Shown: positions 18,123-28,007 of the stretch, in pieces
Position numbering within the stretch: position 1 is the first letter of the stretch
Layout of the letters: each line of letters starts with the position of its first letter
From: a virus
Lineage: Duplodnaviria; Caudoviricetes
Length of the DNA: 64,000 nt
Strand: one strand, 5' to 3'
Virus record (IMG/VR): IMGVR_UViG_3300029705_006902
Coordinates: 10,709-74,708 of that record
Program-made: the position numbers and the translations under genes
Notes under the pieces: generated by a model
Told to the model about the DNA's origin: nothing
What the model saw: only the letters and a program-made list of their open reading frames with translations
Database searches by the model: none

Positions 18123-18154
18123 CATATTACCTCTGTTATCTATTATTATCCAGT
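18123..18154 (-). promoter_or_regulatory. Sigma-A-like promoter of the recombinase pair (same family as the 42.9-46.9 kb repeats)
   Basis: TGGATA-N17-TAATAT on the minus strand. Confidence 0.55.
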
Positions 18155-18157
18155 AAA

Positions 18158-18316
18158 TTACAAACATAAAGTACACGAATTTAAGCCGTATTTTTTGAGC
18201 ATAATTGTATCAATTTTGTCGTACTCTTCTTCGTTTATTATGCCTTTTTCAAGCATAGATTTAGCCAAAGACATCGTAACAATGTACGCATTTTTCTTCT
18301 CATTCAGATCTAACAT
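18158..18316 (-). CDS. Small SHOCT-like protein of the recombinase cassette (52 aa, not in track)
   Basis: MLDLNEKKNAYIVTMSLAKSMLEKGIINEEEYDKIDTIMLKKY; the 'KGII.EEEY' SHOCT pattern. Confidence 0.65.
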   Translation of the reverse strand: MLDLNEKKNAYIVTMSLAKSMLEKGIINEEEYDKIDTIMLKKYGLNSCTLCL

Positions 18317-18689
18317 CGTTTTCACCCTTTCTTATGTGGTCAAGGTAGCAGTCACGGCTGCAATATTTTTGTGAGGGACGTTTAATCGGCAAAAAACTCT
18401 GTCCGCAATGTTCACAGAACTTAGGTTTAATAAATCGATGCTTTATTATTTTTCTATTTCGATTCCACCATTTTGTTTTGCACTCCTCTGAACAGTATTT
18501 TTTCGACTTTCTGCCTGGTGTTTGAACGATAGGTTCACCACAATATCTGCATTTGCCACTGCCGACCTTATTTCGGGTACAATATGATTTTATGGTTCCG
18601 GTAGGAAGATTAAGCTCAATTGCGATTGCTTTATAGCCTTTACCCTTGGAGCGTAAATCCCATATCTTTTTTTCTTCAAGTTCGGTCAT
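18300..18689 (-). CDS. HTH (sigma region-4-like) plus Cys-rich zinc-finger protein
   Basis: GKGYKAIAIEL...TIKSYC; CRYCG, YCSEEC, CEHCG, YCSRDC. Confidence 0.75.
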   Translation of the reverse strand: MTELEEKKIWDLRSKGKGYKAIAIELNLPTGTIKSYCTRNKVGSGKCRYCGEPIVQTPGRKSKKYCSEECKTKWWNRNRKIIKHRFIKPKFCEHCGQSFLPIKRPSQKYCSRDCYLDHIRKGENDVRSE

Positions 18690-18702
18690 AACAGCACCTC
18701 CT

Positions 18703-18743
18703 TCACCATATGGAGAAAAAGAGAGTTTTTGTCAGGGTGTTTT
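18703..18743 (-). promoter_or_regulatory. Repeated promoter-like element, copy 1
   Basis: TCACCATATGGAGAAAAA-N6-TTTTGTCAGGGTGTTTT, identical at 61990-62030. Confidence 0.7.
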
Positions 18744-18834
18744 ATAGCTGTTTTCAGAATTTTTTTATAAAAATGGGTAAAAAAATATACCCATCGAGGT
18801 TTTTACACCTTAATGGGTATCCGAATCGGTATTA

Positions 18835-18959
18835 TCAGAACAATTTCCCGACAATCCATAAAATACATATAATAGCAACTATCCAAACTAAAAGGTTCGC
18901 ATTCTCACCACTACCATTTCCACCGCTTTTATTACTGCCTCCGTTATTGGAAGATGTCA
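18835..18959 (-). CDS. Small Gly/Asn-rich single-TM protein (start uncertain)
   Basis: MTSSNNGGSNKSGGNGSGENANLLVWIVAIICILWIVGKLF. Confidence 0.4.
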
Positions 18960-18985
18960 TCTTAAAAGCATAAAAATCGTTTAGA

Positions 18986-20938
18986 TCAGGCATTGGTTTC
19001 CTCTGTGCAATCTTCAACCATCGCTTCAAGAATTGTTTCACCCGAAGGTAAGGCGAAGGGTTCTCTCTCACTTATAACGGAGTCAAAGTAAGGGGTAAGA
19101 AAAACACGGATGGTTTCTTCTTGTTTCTCTGCTTTTAATATTTTACCAAACAACGGCTTGAATTCTTTTTGTGGAATTTCATCGAGCTTTTCGATGAGCT
19201 TATCCATTTCAGTGGCATCGAGCAAATATTCACCAATTAAGCACGATACTACTGCATTGAAAAGTCTGCCGATTATTTCAGCATCATCTTCTCGTAGCGC
19301 ATCGCCCACGAGGTCTATGGCTTTCGAGCTTACCATACCACCAACAAAACCACCAACGATTCCGACTGCTGTTCCTACACCGGGAGCAACAGCTGTTCCG
19401 GCTGCCCCCGCAACTTTGGCGGCAACAACCCCGGCGGCTAAAGCACCACCAGCTCCACCTGCGATAGAGCCAATAAGTACAGACATATTTTTGGCATATT
19501 GCGCCACAGAAATTTTTCTTGAAGCAACCTTATATGTTTCAGGAATTGAAAAAACGGCAAAAGAAAGAGCCGAGGTTACAGCATTGCTTCGAAGAATTTT
19601 TGCTAAATGTTTTGATGCGGCAATACCATAAATTGCACTTTTACCGGACAGCGCCCTTATGCCATTTACGATAGTAGCTGATGCCTGGAAACCTAACTTT
19701 TGAACAACAAACTGACTTGGGGCCATTAATGCGTTGGCAAGTCCCGTTCTTGCAATCTGCGAAACAACCATATGTTGAACGAAAGAAATACCGAACACTT
19801 GAAGACCGGCAGAAACACCTGCCTTAACAGCCTCCTTAATATCCCCGGTTCTGCGCCAGGTAAGAAAAACTGTAGCAACGAAGGTTATACCAAAAGCACA
19901 GCTACAAATAACGGCTCCGGTTGCAGCATCATAAGCAATAGATTCAACCGTGCCAGGCTTTGTGAGATTTACAGCCTGTTTATATGTTAATCGTCCTTTG
20001 CGAACAATCTTTTTTGCATCAGCAGGGTCAGTAACACCTGGAACCTTTCCTTGCTTGATTTTCATTTCAAACCTATTAAGGACAGCCTCGTATTGGTCTT
20101 TGGGAACTTCAAGCTGCATAGGCTTATTACCATTCATATAACGATACATTCCTGTTTCGCTACTGAAACAAGCCTCGCAAGAGCCTGTTGCTGATTTGTA
20201 GTATTTTGTCTGTATAAAAGCTCTGTCTACCCAACGGTCAGCACCATCTTTTGCATTATCTCTACCTATAACAAAAGCCTCATGCCCCAACATTTTATCC
20301 ATTATTGTAATTGCTTCTTCCGCCATTTCACCATGTCCGGCAGGAGAATTGATAGCAGACTTCTGTTCAACAAAAACTGCTGAATCTGCTGATTGCCACG
20401 CAGCGACATCAAGAGGTACAACTTTAGCAAGTAATTCTTCGATGTCTCGGTCTTCCATAAGGAAATCAAAAGCGTCGGGCTCATCGGTTGCTTTGCTTGA
20501 TTCGGCTAAAGATTTACATCCATTTATAAAATGTTCTGTACATTGGGGTTCAACCATCAAGGCTCTGTTTTCTTCAGCGTCATCACTAACGAACCAAGAT
20601 GGCTCAAAATCCTCCCAACGATAGTAGAAAAGGTGCGATTTTGCTTTTTCCTTTTTACCATCTTTGTTTTTTACCTTTTTGGCTATAACATCAACATTGG
20701 TTTTTATGAAAACGCCCTCATCGGTGCAGACTATACCACTTGGGCGCAAATCAAACTCTGCATCTGCCCACAATATCTGTTGCTCTCTTGGAATGGGAAA
20801 AATCTCTTTTATTTTTGACTTTTTTCCTTTGTTAAGTTCAACGGGTGATTTACCAAGGGCATCAACAACTATTTGAGCCATTGGGTGTAACTCTGCAGAA
20901 ATTTCTGTTGCATTGTCAGGAGTTTCTTTCGTAGCCAT
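18986..20938 (-). CDS. Moron: 650-aa membrane protein with possible PD-(D/E)xK-like motif and glycine-zipper hairpin
   Basis: DGADRWVD..FIQTKYY; hydrophobic segments; GGAGGALAAG...GTAVGIVGGFVGG; own TTGATT-N16-TATAAT promoter. Confidence 0.7.
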   Translation of the reverse strand: MATKETPDNATEISAELHPMAQIVVDALGKSPVELNKGKKSKIKEIFPIPREQQILWADAEFDLRPSGIVCTDEGVFIKTNVDVIAKKVKNKDGKKEKAKSHLFYYRWEDFEPSWFVSDDAEENRALMVEPQCTEHFINGCKSLAESSKATDEPDAFDFLMEDRDIEELLAKVVPLDVAAWQSADSAVFVEQKSAINSPAGHGEMAEEAITIMDKMLGHEAFVIGRDNAKDGADRWVDRAFIQTKYYKSATGSCEACFSSETGMYRYMNGNKPMQLEVPKDQYEAVLNRFEMKIKQGKVPGVTDPADAKKIVRKGRLTYKQAVNLTKPGTVESIAYDAATGAVICSCAFGITFVATVFLTWRRTGDIKEAVKAGVSAGLQVFGISFVQHMVVSQIARTGLANALMAPSQFVVQKLGFQASATIVNGIRALSGKSAIYGIAASKHLAKILRSNAVTSALSFAVFSIPETYKVASRKISVAQYAKNMSVLIGSIAGGAGGALAAGVVAAKVAGAAGTAVAPGVGTAVGIVGGFVGGMVSSKAIDLVGDALREDDAEIIGRLFNAVVSCLIGEYLLDATEMDKLIEKLDEIPQKEFKPLFGKILKAEKQEETIRVFLTPYFDSVISEREPFALPSGETILEAMVEDCTEETNA

Positions 20939-20967
20939 AATAAGCCTCCGTTTTCTTTGATACTTTA

Positions 20968-20995
20968 ATTATATAATTTTTTTCAGCGAAATCAA
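20968..20995 (-). promoter_or_regulatory. Sigma-A-like promoter of the moron
   Basis: TTGATT-N16-TATAAT, followed by RBS GGAGG. Confidence 0.55.
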
Positions 20996-21093
20996 TAGGT
21001 GTGTGCGTTAGTAGATAGTCAAGTCCTATAAAACGGACTCACAAAACAAAAAAAACGCCCACCGAACCGGTTAAGGCACGATGGGCGTAATGG

Positions 21094-22167
21094 TTAGTTG
21101 GGGATTTTAAGTTTCTGACCCTCATAAATTGTATCGTTCTTGAGATTGTTGAGCTTTACAATTTCGGTATATCTTAAACCGCTGCCGAGCTTGGCTTTGG
21201 CAATATCCCAAAGGGTATCATTTTCTTTCACTGTGTAAGTAGTATACGCAGGAGTGGTTGTAGTTGTGGTTGTAGTCTTACCCACAAGCGTGAGATTTTC
21301 AATAGCTACCCAGGTGTTAATACCATCCTCGGTCTTTCCGGTCTTTTTATTAACCTTTTCACCAAGAAGAACACAAGTCTTGCCGCCCTTCTTCACAGCC
21401 TTGCCATTCGACTTGGTCTGTGTAACGATGTGGTAATAATCATCCTTTACCCATTCGGGAATAGTAGAAGAAGAAGGATTGTACTTCTTTGCAGATTCCT
21501 TAAATGCGACCTTTGTGCCTTCCTTGAATGTAGCCTTCGAGGTGGTGGTTGTTCCCGTTGTAGGTGTCGCAGGCTTTGTTGTAGTTGATGTTTCGGTCTT
21601 TTTATCTGCATCAAGAGCTTTCTTGACGTCTGCTCTGAAGGTATCCATAGACTTACCATGTTTGGGAAACCAATGCATAACATCACCGTGGTTAGTAGCG
21701 ATACCTTTCTTATAACCTTCGCTGTGGCAGATAATGTTATCAGCTGTAAGACCGTAGAGTTTGCAGAGATATACACAGAGTTCAACAGCTTCTTTGTAAA
21801 CCTTATTGAAGTAGGTCTTATCGGTAAGACCATCCTCGCAGATTTCAAAGCCGATGTGTGTGTTGTTGGCAGCCCCACCTGCGTGCCAGCCTCTGTGGTC
21901 CCAAGGCAATGTTTGGTACGTCGCAATGCTGCCATCCTTGAGTTTACCGATAAAAGCGTGACAGCAAATCTGTCTGCCACCGGGGGTATAAGTATTCCAG
22001 TGGTTACCATAGGTGTTTACACCAAGGTAACCATCATCAGGACCGACATAACGCTTCAACCAGGGGTTATTAGCCCCGGTTGAATGAACCATTATGCCTT
22101 TGACCTTGATTTTCTGATTCGCCTTGTAACAGGCGTTGTTAGTGAGAATCTGTTTCTTCAGTTCCAT
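21094..22167 (-). CDS. Endolysin: N-acetylmuramoyl-L-alanine amidase with C-terminal LysM
   Basis: IMVHSTG, HAFIG, GFEICE, ICHSEG...NHGD; YTVKENDTLWDIA LysM; start MELKK at 22167. Confidence 0.93.
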   Translation of the reverse strand: MELKKQILTNNACYKANQKIKVKGIMVHSTGANNPWLKRYVGPDDGYLGVNTYGNHWNTYTPGGRQICCHAFIGKLKDGSIATYQTLPWDHRGWHAGGAANNTHIGFEICEDGLTDKTYFNKVYKEAVELCVYLCKLYGLTADNIICHSEGYKKGIATNHGDVMHWFPKHGKSMDTFRADVKKALDADKKTETSTTTKPATPTTGTTTTSKATFKEGTKVAFKESAKKYNPSSSTIPEWVKDDYYHIVTQTKSNGKAVKKGGKTCVLLGEKVNKKTGKTEDGINTWVAIENLTLVGKTTTTTTTTPAYTTYTVKENDTLWDIAKAKLGSGLRYTEIVKLNNLKNDTIYEGQKLKIPN

Positions 22168-22582
22168 TGCTGTTTTCCTCGTCTTTCTCTTCTTCGTTAA
22201 TCTGTTCGAGAATTTCCTTGAGCTTCTTGGGGTAAGGCATACCGAGAGTTGCCGTGTTCTCAAGAATTGAAATACCTTCATTCGACAGATAGAAGAAGAT
22301 AACTGCCGAGCGAAGAACCCCTGCATCACCGAGAATGTAAACATCAAGGATATTGCCTACACCCACGAGTAGGAAAATAAGCACCTTTTTGAAGATGCCC
22401 GTAAAACCTACTCTGCTTGAGAGGGTTTTGTTGCTGATGGCTACCATAATGCCACTCACATAATCGATTACCACAAAGGCAATGAGGGCATAAAGGAAAC
22501 CATCAAAGCCTCCGAGGAACCAACCTACGACTCCACCGAAAGCTGTGAATGCTGCTTGAATTACTGTCCAGATGTTTTTCAT
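22139..22582 (-). CDS. Holin (Phage_holin_4/Cph1-like)
   Basis: GGFDGFLYALIAFVVIDYVSG...NEGISILEN..LG.P.P..LK..L. Confidence 0.92.
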   Translation of the reverse strand: MKNIWTVIQAAFTAFGGVVGWFLGGFDGFLYALIAFVVIDYVSGIMVAISNKTLSSRVGFTGIFKKVLIFLLVGVGNILDVYILGDAGVLRSAVIFFYLSNEGISILENTATLGMPYPKKLKEILEQINEEEKDEENSNGTEETDSH

Positions 22583-22652
22583 AGTTTTTTGCCTCCTTTG
22601 ACAAAAATTTTTTATATTAAAAAAAGGCACCCTGGACGAGTACCTAATTTCC

Positions 22653-23021
22653 TTATGTTAGCCAACCGGGTCTTTCCGGTATTAGCAAGGTTTCTGTAAC
22701 ATCAAGCCAGGCTTGATACCACAATTGAAGTTCTGCAACTTGCGTTTCTGAAAGCATCTCATACCATAGTTGGCCTCTGTTAATAATTGGAAAGCACTGC
22801 TGTTCTCTCTCAAAACGAAGGTCATCAAGGATATGCTGATTGTCAAGTTGTAAGCGTTTATCTTCATCAAAAATAAGAACACCATCTTTTACTTGATAGG
22901 CTTCGAAGTTCACTTCAAAGTGTTCAAGGTCAGAAGGTGCTTCAATTTCTATTCCGTTTGTTAGATTCCCTATTTCGGCATAGCTTTGAACATAGCCGTT
23001 TTCATTGATGCGTATTTGCAT
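22653..23021 (-). CDS. Tail-associated small protein (possible tail-fibre chaperone)
   Basis: Follows the fibre gene; C-terminal WYQAWLDVTE...PERP. Confidence 0.55.
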   Translation of the reverse strand: MQIRINENGYVQSYAEIGNLTNGIEIEAPSDLEHFEVNFEAYQVKDGVLIFDEDKRLQLDNQHILDDLRFEREQQCFPIINRGQLWYEMLSETQVAELQLWYQAWLDVTETLLIPERPGWLT

Positions 23022-23034
23022 TATTTATTTCACC

Positions 23035-25545
23035 TCAATTCACACCGAATACTCTTGATATATAACCATCAGAACTTCGTGTTGAAATTGTAACTGTTCC
23101 GGTTGTACCAGAATAAGACAACGTAAATGCTACATAATTCACTTCATCGGCAAATTGATATTTAAGTCCCGATGTTGTAATCATAGATTTCGGAGTTATC
23201 ATAGTGCAAACCGCAGAGCCATCTTTCGGTCGCCCCATGATGATGTATGCCTTGTGACTACCATAAGTAAAAGTAGCGGACCCCTCCGTAAGCGTTCCTT
23301 TATACAAACTCGTACAAGCAAGGCCGAGGTTGCTTCGTGCATCTGCCGCCGATGTCGCACCTGTACCGCCTTTACCCAAAGGAATGGTAGCTCCACCCGA
23401 ATGATAAACTTGGTAGCGTGTTCCGGGATGGGTCTGGTGTTCAACGTTCGGAGCATAGTATAATGTACCAGAAGCAGAATAAAGTCTGTCCCAGGTTGTT
23501 GCACTTCTGTAAAAGTTTATACCTTCACCTTGAGAGTCTACAGCATCTTTGAAATATAAGCCGTTAATATTTATGATATCAGAGTTCTGCATATCTATGC
23601 CGTAAGCATCATCTACCCAATACTGACCTCCCGTTACTTTTATAATTTTAGGGGCTATGGTTTGTCCATTTATTATGTTAGCAATAGCATTTGCAACTGT
23701 TGTAGCCCCTGTACCGCCTTTCGCAATAGGAACCGCAGAGGATAATGATGAAGGTGCAACAGAACCGGAAAAAGAAGTTGCTGTAACCGCACCGGATATT
23801 TTTGTATCACCCACAACGTGGAGAGCTGCAGTGGGATTTGGGGTATTGATACCTACTTTTTGTTTTCTCAAGGCTACAAGAGGTGTACCTTGCGGAACAA
23901 CATAATAAAGATCAAGCGAGGACGAGGAGCCTAAACTATCTCGTATTTGTATGTGAAAGTCATAAGAGCTTCCCGCATCGAGAGAACAAAGCTCAAGATT
24001 TGAAAATGAGAAAGACGAACCACTCTTGGTAACCGATGAAAGAATGCTCACATATGAGCCATAGCTACTTGCATTGGTTTTCTTGTACCTATACCTTACA
24101 TAGGTTAAACTATTTTTCTGCGTACTGCTTACGGTCACGGGGGAAATTGTACCGCTGAAAGTAAGTTGCATTTCGGCTTCAATTTCATTGGTTCGTCTTA
24201 ATGATAAAGATGAAACTTTCGGCTTTGCATAAGCAATAACCGTAATATCCATACTTTTACTTACCGTGTAACCTCTTGAGTCGGTCGCTGTTACAACGAC
24301 ACTTAAAGTACCGGATTTTGAAATAGCACCAACGGTTAAAGCAGCACCTGTTGTATTCGATTTCGTCACTCCGTTACAAGTAGCAGAATATTTTACAATG
24401 CTTGCTCCGTTTTTTGCTGTAGCGGTAGCCGGGGTTACTTGTAAAGTAGAATAACCTTGTATAAAAAGTTGGTTATTTCCCGTAACTCCTGTGGTAGTTG
24501 TGTTCGTATCAGCCACTGTAAAGGCCCCTATCGTGGGTGAGGAATTACCCGATGAAGTTTGAACAGTAGCTGTTTTTGACGATGCCGAACCAATCTGTGT
24601 TGAGCCGTTCAATGTTGTAAGCACGAATGTTCCCGTGAAAGATTTGATGCTCGCCATCGCATTGAGAAGGGTTGTTCTTTGTGCAGAGGTCAAGGTTATC
24701 GTATTATCCGTTGTTCCCTTTGTAAGGGTAATACCGGTAATTGTAAGATAAGTTGTGCTGCCGTTTTTAATAGCCAAGGTGTGGCTATATGACGCTTCAT
24801 AAACCGTTGTTTTCAGAGTTATTTTTACTGTGGATGCATCAGCCGTTACCGTACCGACCGAAGATAAAACCGAACCGCCGAGGGTTTTGGCAGTTGTTGC
24901 TGACGAAGTACCATACACATGGTTACTTTGTTTTCTTGCTTTTACCTTTACCGAATAAGAAGTGTTCGGCGTAAGACCGGAAAGAGATATACTTGCACTC
25001 GTTCCGGCAGTCGTTGAAAACTGCGTCCAAGAAGAACCTCCGTTTGTGCTGTACTGCCATATATCGGCTTTAGCGGATGATGTGGCTGAAATCTTAAAGC
25101 CGTTAGCTGTTATTGAACCTACAGTACATTTAATGGTGGGTGCAGTACGGTCGATTGCATCGAGGCTTATTGTTGCCGATGCGGTAATTGTACCTATTGA
25201 AGTTCCGGCATAAGTACCATCGAAACGCCAAGAGGCAGACAGTTTGACCCCAGTCTTTGTACCATCGCTGTTATGATTTACTCGTACTTTTTTTGTTTTT
25301 AACAGCTTCGAATGAGCCGTTGATGAATCATCCTCCGAAACGGCGGGACTTGAGAACGTTTCGCTTGTTCCGTTAATTGAAACCGTGCAGTCATCTCTTG
25401 CACCTACATAAAGGGATGCATATTTCAGATAGACCTTTAAGGTAACATCAGAATAGTTTCCCGTAACGCTTTGTGTGGCTGACCAGGTACAGTACAAGCC
25501 AAGATATGTAGACGGATATTTTGAAAAATTACCACTCAATGCCAT
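23035..25545 (-). CDS. Tail fibre/receptor-binding protein (DUF859-like N-terminus, FN3-like domain)
   Basis: Ser/Thr-rich beta protein; two IxKGGTGAT motifs; position after the Tal-like gene. Confidence 0.75.
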   Translation of the reverse strand: MALSGNFSKYPSTYLGLYCTWSATQSVTGNYSDVTLKVYLKYASLYVGARDDCTVSINGTSETFSSPAVSEDDSSTAHSKLLKTKKVRVNHNSDGTKTGVKLSASWRFDGTYAGTSIGTITASATISLDAIDRTAPTIKCTVGSITANGFKISATSSAKADIWQYSTNGGSSWTQFSTTAGTSASISLSGLTPNTSYSVKVKARKQSNHVYGTSSATTAKTLGGSVLSSVGTVTADASTVKITLKTTVYEASYSHTLAIKNGSTTYLTITGITLTKGTTDNTITLTSAQRTTLLNAMASIKSFTGTFVLTTLNGSTQIGSASSKTATVQTSSGNSSPTIGAFTVADTNTTTTGVTGNNQLFIQGYSTLQVTPATATAKNGASIVKYSATCNGVTKSNTTGAALTVGAISKSGTLSVVVTATDSRGYTVSKSMDITVIAYAKPKVSSLSLRRTNEIEAEMQLTFSGTISPVTVSSTQKNSLTYVRYRYKKTNASSYGSYVSILSSVTKSGSSFSFSNLELCSLDAGSSYDFHIQIRDSLGSSSSLDLYYVVPQGTPLVALRKQKVGINTPNPTAALHVVGDTKISGAVTATSFSGSVAPSSLSSAVPIAKGGTGATTVANAIANIINGQTIAPKIIKVTGGQYWVDDAYGIDMQNSDIININGLYFKDAVDSQGEGINFYRSATTWDRLYSASGTLYYAPNVEHQTHPGTRYQVYHSGGATIPLGKGGTGATSAADARSNLGLACTSLYKGTLTEGSATFTYGSHKAYIIMGRPKDGSAVCTMITPKSMITTSGLKYQFADEVNYVAFTLSYSGTTGTVTISTRSSDGYISRVFGVN

Positions 25546-25559
25546 AGCTTTTTACCTCC

Positions 25560-28007
25560 TTAGTCAAGAATTACAATATTAAGTCCGTCAGAAGCTGTGG
25601 GCATCGGAACGAACTTTGTTTTACCAACGGTAAGCTCACCGTCAACAGTGGTTTTCTTTGTTATGGTTTCATCCTTATTTAGGGTGAATATTTTCTCATC
25701 GTTGTAATAACCGGAAAACTCCGTGTTGTTAATAACCGTTCTTTGTGGTGAATCGGCATTGGAAACTTCAATACCTCTTCGGTCGATTTTCACCTCGGTG
25801 GTGTATATCTCGTTGGGTGCGGGAGTCCATTTCTGAACTATAGAACCCTCGGTAATCATAATGTCACCTATATACAAAGAGGCAGCTCTGCTGTATGCGT
25901 AAATGGTTATGGTACCGTCTTGCACATCATCGATTACTGCAGTAAAATCCTGCCAATCAAATGCAGAAGAAGTATTGAATAAATCCACATACTTATCACC
26001 GTTATATGTCACACGGAAATAACCTGAGTATGTGCTTGTCTTTTTTGCTCTCAATGACACCACATAGGAAGTTCCGGTAACAACGCCCGTTATAACCTGG
26101 GTAAGGTCAGAATAAGCACCGAGAACGAAGCAAGAATCGGCTGTCGTGTTATTCTGCGTGTCAGTGGCGCTATTTGAGGATACTGTTCCGCTGTAAGTCC
26201 AGTCATCGGATAATCCGTTAAGACCCGATGAGTTTTTCACCAGGTTTATACCACCGATGAAACGCTCCGATACTTTGACACCCAAACCTTCAACCGTGTG
26301 TTCAAGTTCGGAGATTTTCTCTTGAGCAACAATAAGTTCATCGCTTTGATTACCAAGTTCATCGGTTACTGTTTTCACTGTTTCCGTAAGGTCTGATACA
26401 TAGCTTGTAAGACCTTCGGCTGTTGTTTGAAGTTCAGATGTTTTCTCGTTTGTTTTTACGATGTCTTCTTGTATACCCTCTATTGAAAGATTTGTCTCTT
26501 CAAGGGAAGAGGTTGTTGCATAAGCATTTAAATGCACTTCGCCCGTTTCCAAGTCCCAATAGGAAGAACCATCTTGTGACTGAAGGACACCCGCTTTGAT
26601 GATATTGGCAACAAGAGTACCGGAAGTAATAAAATCAGCTACGATTTCACCACCGGAGGTTATTGCCGTTGTATAGGGTCCGTTATAACCATTACTGCTG
26701 AAACCGAGACCACCCACATTCCAACGCCACACATTTACGGCAGTGTTAATATCGGGGTTGTCAAGAATAAGCAGTTCATACGGCTGTCCGTTCTCGGAAT
26801 AGGTATTGATAACCACGTATCCACCGCTTTGACCGGTAATAAGACCGGTAGCTCTTTCGATAGCTGCGTTCATCAATTTTGGAAAACGCTCTACTTTTGC
26901 CACGGCTTTATCGGTGTTTTCCTGTACCTCGGAAATGGTGTGCAGCAAGTTCGCACCGGACGCGCCGAGGGTTATGGATACATATTTTTCGGAAAGCGTA
27001 TCGTAGACCGTGGTTATTACTTTTGCTTTTGCCTTTAAACCGAGCTTTGAGTGTCTCACCAACAAAGTATCGCATAAAGAAACTCGTTCCAATACAGTGG
27101 CATATTCGGGGTATTTCCATAAAGGTTCAAAGGAAACTTTGATGTTCGGAATTACAGTGCCGAGAGCATTGTTCTCTATGTATGTGTTTGCTTTTGACCT
27201 CAGAGCGGACTCCGTCAACTCTTCTCCTTCAGAGAAAGAATCGGAGAAATCCTTGATGAGGGTTTTTCTTGTAGTAAGAGATGTGTCAACCACCGGAAGC
27301 AGAACTTCTGAAAGAGTAACAACGGTTTCGTTACCGTCCATGTCGCTTGAAACAGCAAAGGGCAAAATATCTGTATATAAAGCGGTGTTGTCATTTTCAT
27401 GTTCAAGAGCCGTTAGGTTCTTTCCGTATTCAATAACAACACCGGTCTTTGTGCCTCTGCCTTGATGATGAATAATGTGGAAATTATCCCATTCAAATTC
27501 GCCACCCCATAAAGACAACATCGAACCTTCAGCACCACCGAGACAAGCTCTTACGCTTTGGGGCCTGGAAACAGAGAAAGGCTTTGATGAAGAATAGTCT
27601 GTACTGCAAATAAAATTATGGGTTGTTGCCGTATTGGAAAAGATTTTATTCATTACAAGCGGTGCAGACATATTTTCATCCGACCATATTAGCTCTGCAA
27701 TATTGCAAAGGTCATAAGAGATGTGCTGTGCGTAAACAGTTATGATGTTTTCAATGGGAGTAGTTATTCTGTAAATTCGGAACAACTGATTATCGGAGGT
27801 ATCATTCGGTTTAGCTTTTATAAGCCTTTCCGTTTGTATCTCTGTGTATAAGGGTCCGTTGGTAGGATACTTCAGCACGAGTTCATAGGAGCCGTTTCTT
27901 TCCTCAGTAACTTCACAAAAGGTGCAATCCGTAAGAGTTCCTATGCCGTAGGTTTTGAAGTTGGTAGCGTTTGCCTTGTATAAAACAGGAATCATAATGT
28001 CACCCAC
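25560..28007 (-). CDS. Tail spike/Tal-like minor structural protein (prophage endopeptidase-tail family)
   Basis: CEVTEERNGSYELVLKYP, GGEFEWDN, YGKNL, coiled coil, carbohydrate-binding-like C-terminus. Confidence 0.85.
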   Translation of the reverse strand: MGDIMIPVLYKANATNFKTYGIGTLTDCTFCEVTEERNGSYELVLKYPTNGPLYTEIQTERLIKAKPNDTSDNQLFRIYRITTPIENIITVYAQHISYDLCNIAELIWSDENMSAPLVMNKIFSNTATTHNFICSTDYSSSKPFSVSRPQSVRACLGGAEGSMLSLWGGEFEWDNFHIIHHQGRGTKTGVVIEYGKNLTALEHENDNTALYTDILPFAVSSDMDGNETVVTLSEVLLPVVDTSLTTRKTLIKDFSDSFSEGEELTESALRSKANTYIENNALGTVIPNIKVSFEPLWKYPEYATVLERVSLCDTLLVRHSKLGLKAKAKVITTVYDTLSEKYVSITLGASGANLLHTISEVQENTDKAVAKVERFPKLMNAAIERATGLITGQSGGYVVINTYSENGQPYELLILDNPDINTAVNVWRWNVGGLGFSSNGYNGPYTTAITSGGEIVADFITSGTLVANIIKAGVLQSQDGSSYWDLETGEVHLNAYATTSSLEETNLSIEGIQEDIVKTNEKTSELQTTAEGLTSYVSDLTETVKTVTDELGNQSDELIVAQEKISELEHTVEGLGVKVSERFIGGINLVKNSSGLNGLSDDWTYSGTVSSNSATDTQNNTTADSCFVLGAYSDLTQVITGVVTGTSYVVSLRAKKTSTYSGYFRVTYNGDKYVDLFNTSSAFDWQDFTAVIDDVQDGTITIYAYSRAASLYIGDIMITEGSIVQKWTPAPNEIYTTEVKIDRRGIEVSNADSPQRTVINNTEFSGYYNDEKIFTLNKDETITKKTTVDGELTVGKTKFVPMPTASDGLNIVILD

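Noticed and set aside
21447-22010. 187-aa alternative-frame ORF inside the endolysin (possible spanin-like embedded gene)
   Set aside because: No lipobox or TM segment; Gram-positive-type host; shadow-like composition.
23364-23740. Repeated GTACCGCCTTT segments in the tail fibre as a possible DGR VR/TR
   Set aside because: They are protein-level KGGTGAT repeats; no reverse transcriptase or adenine-specific mismatch pattern in the window.
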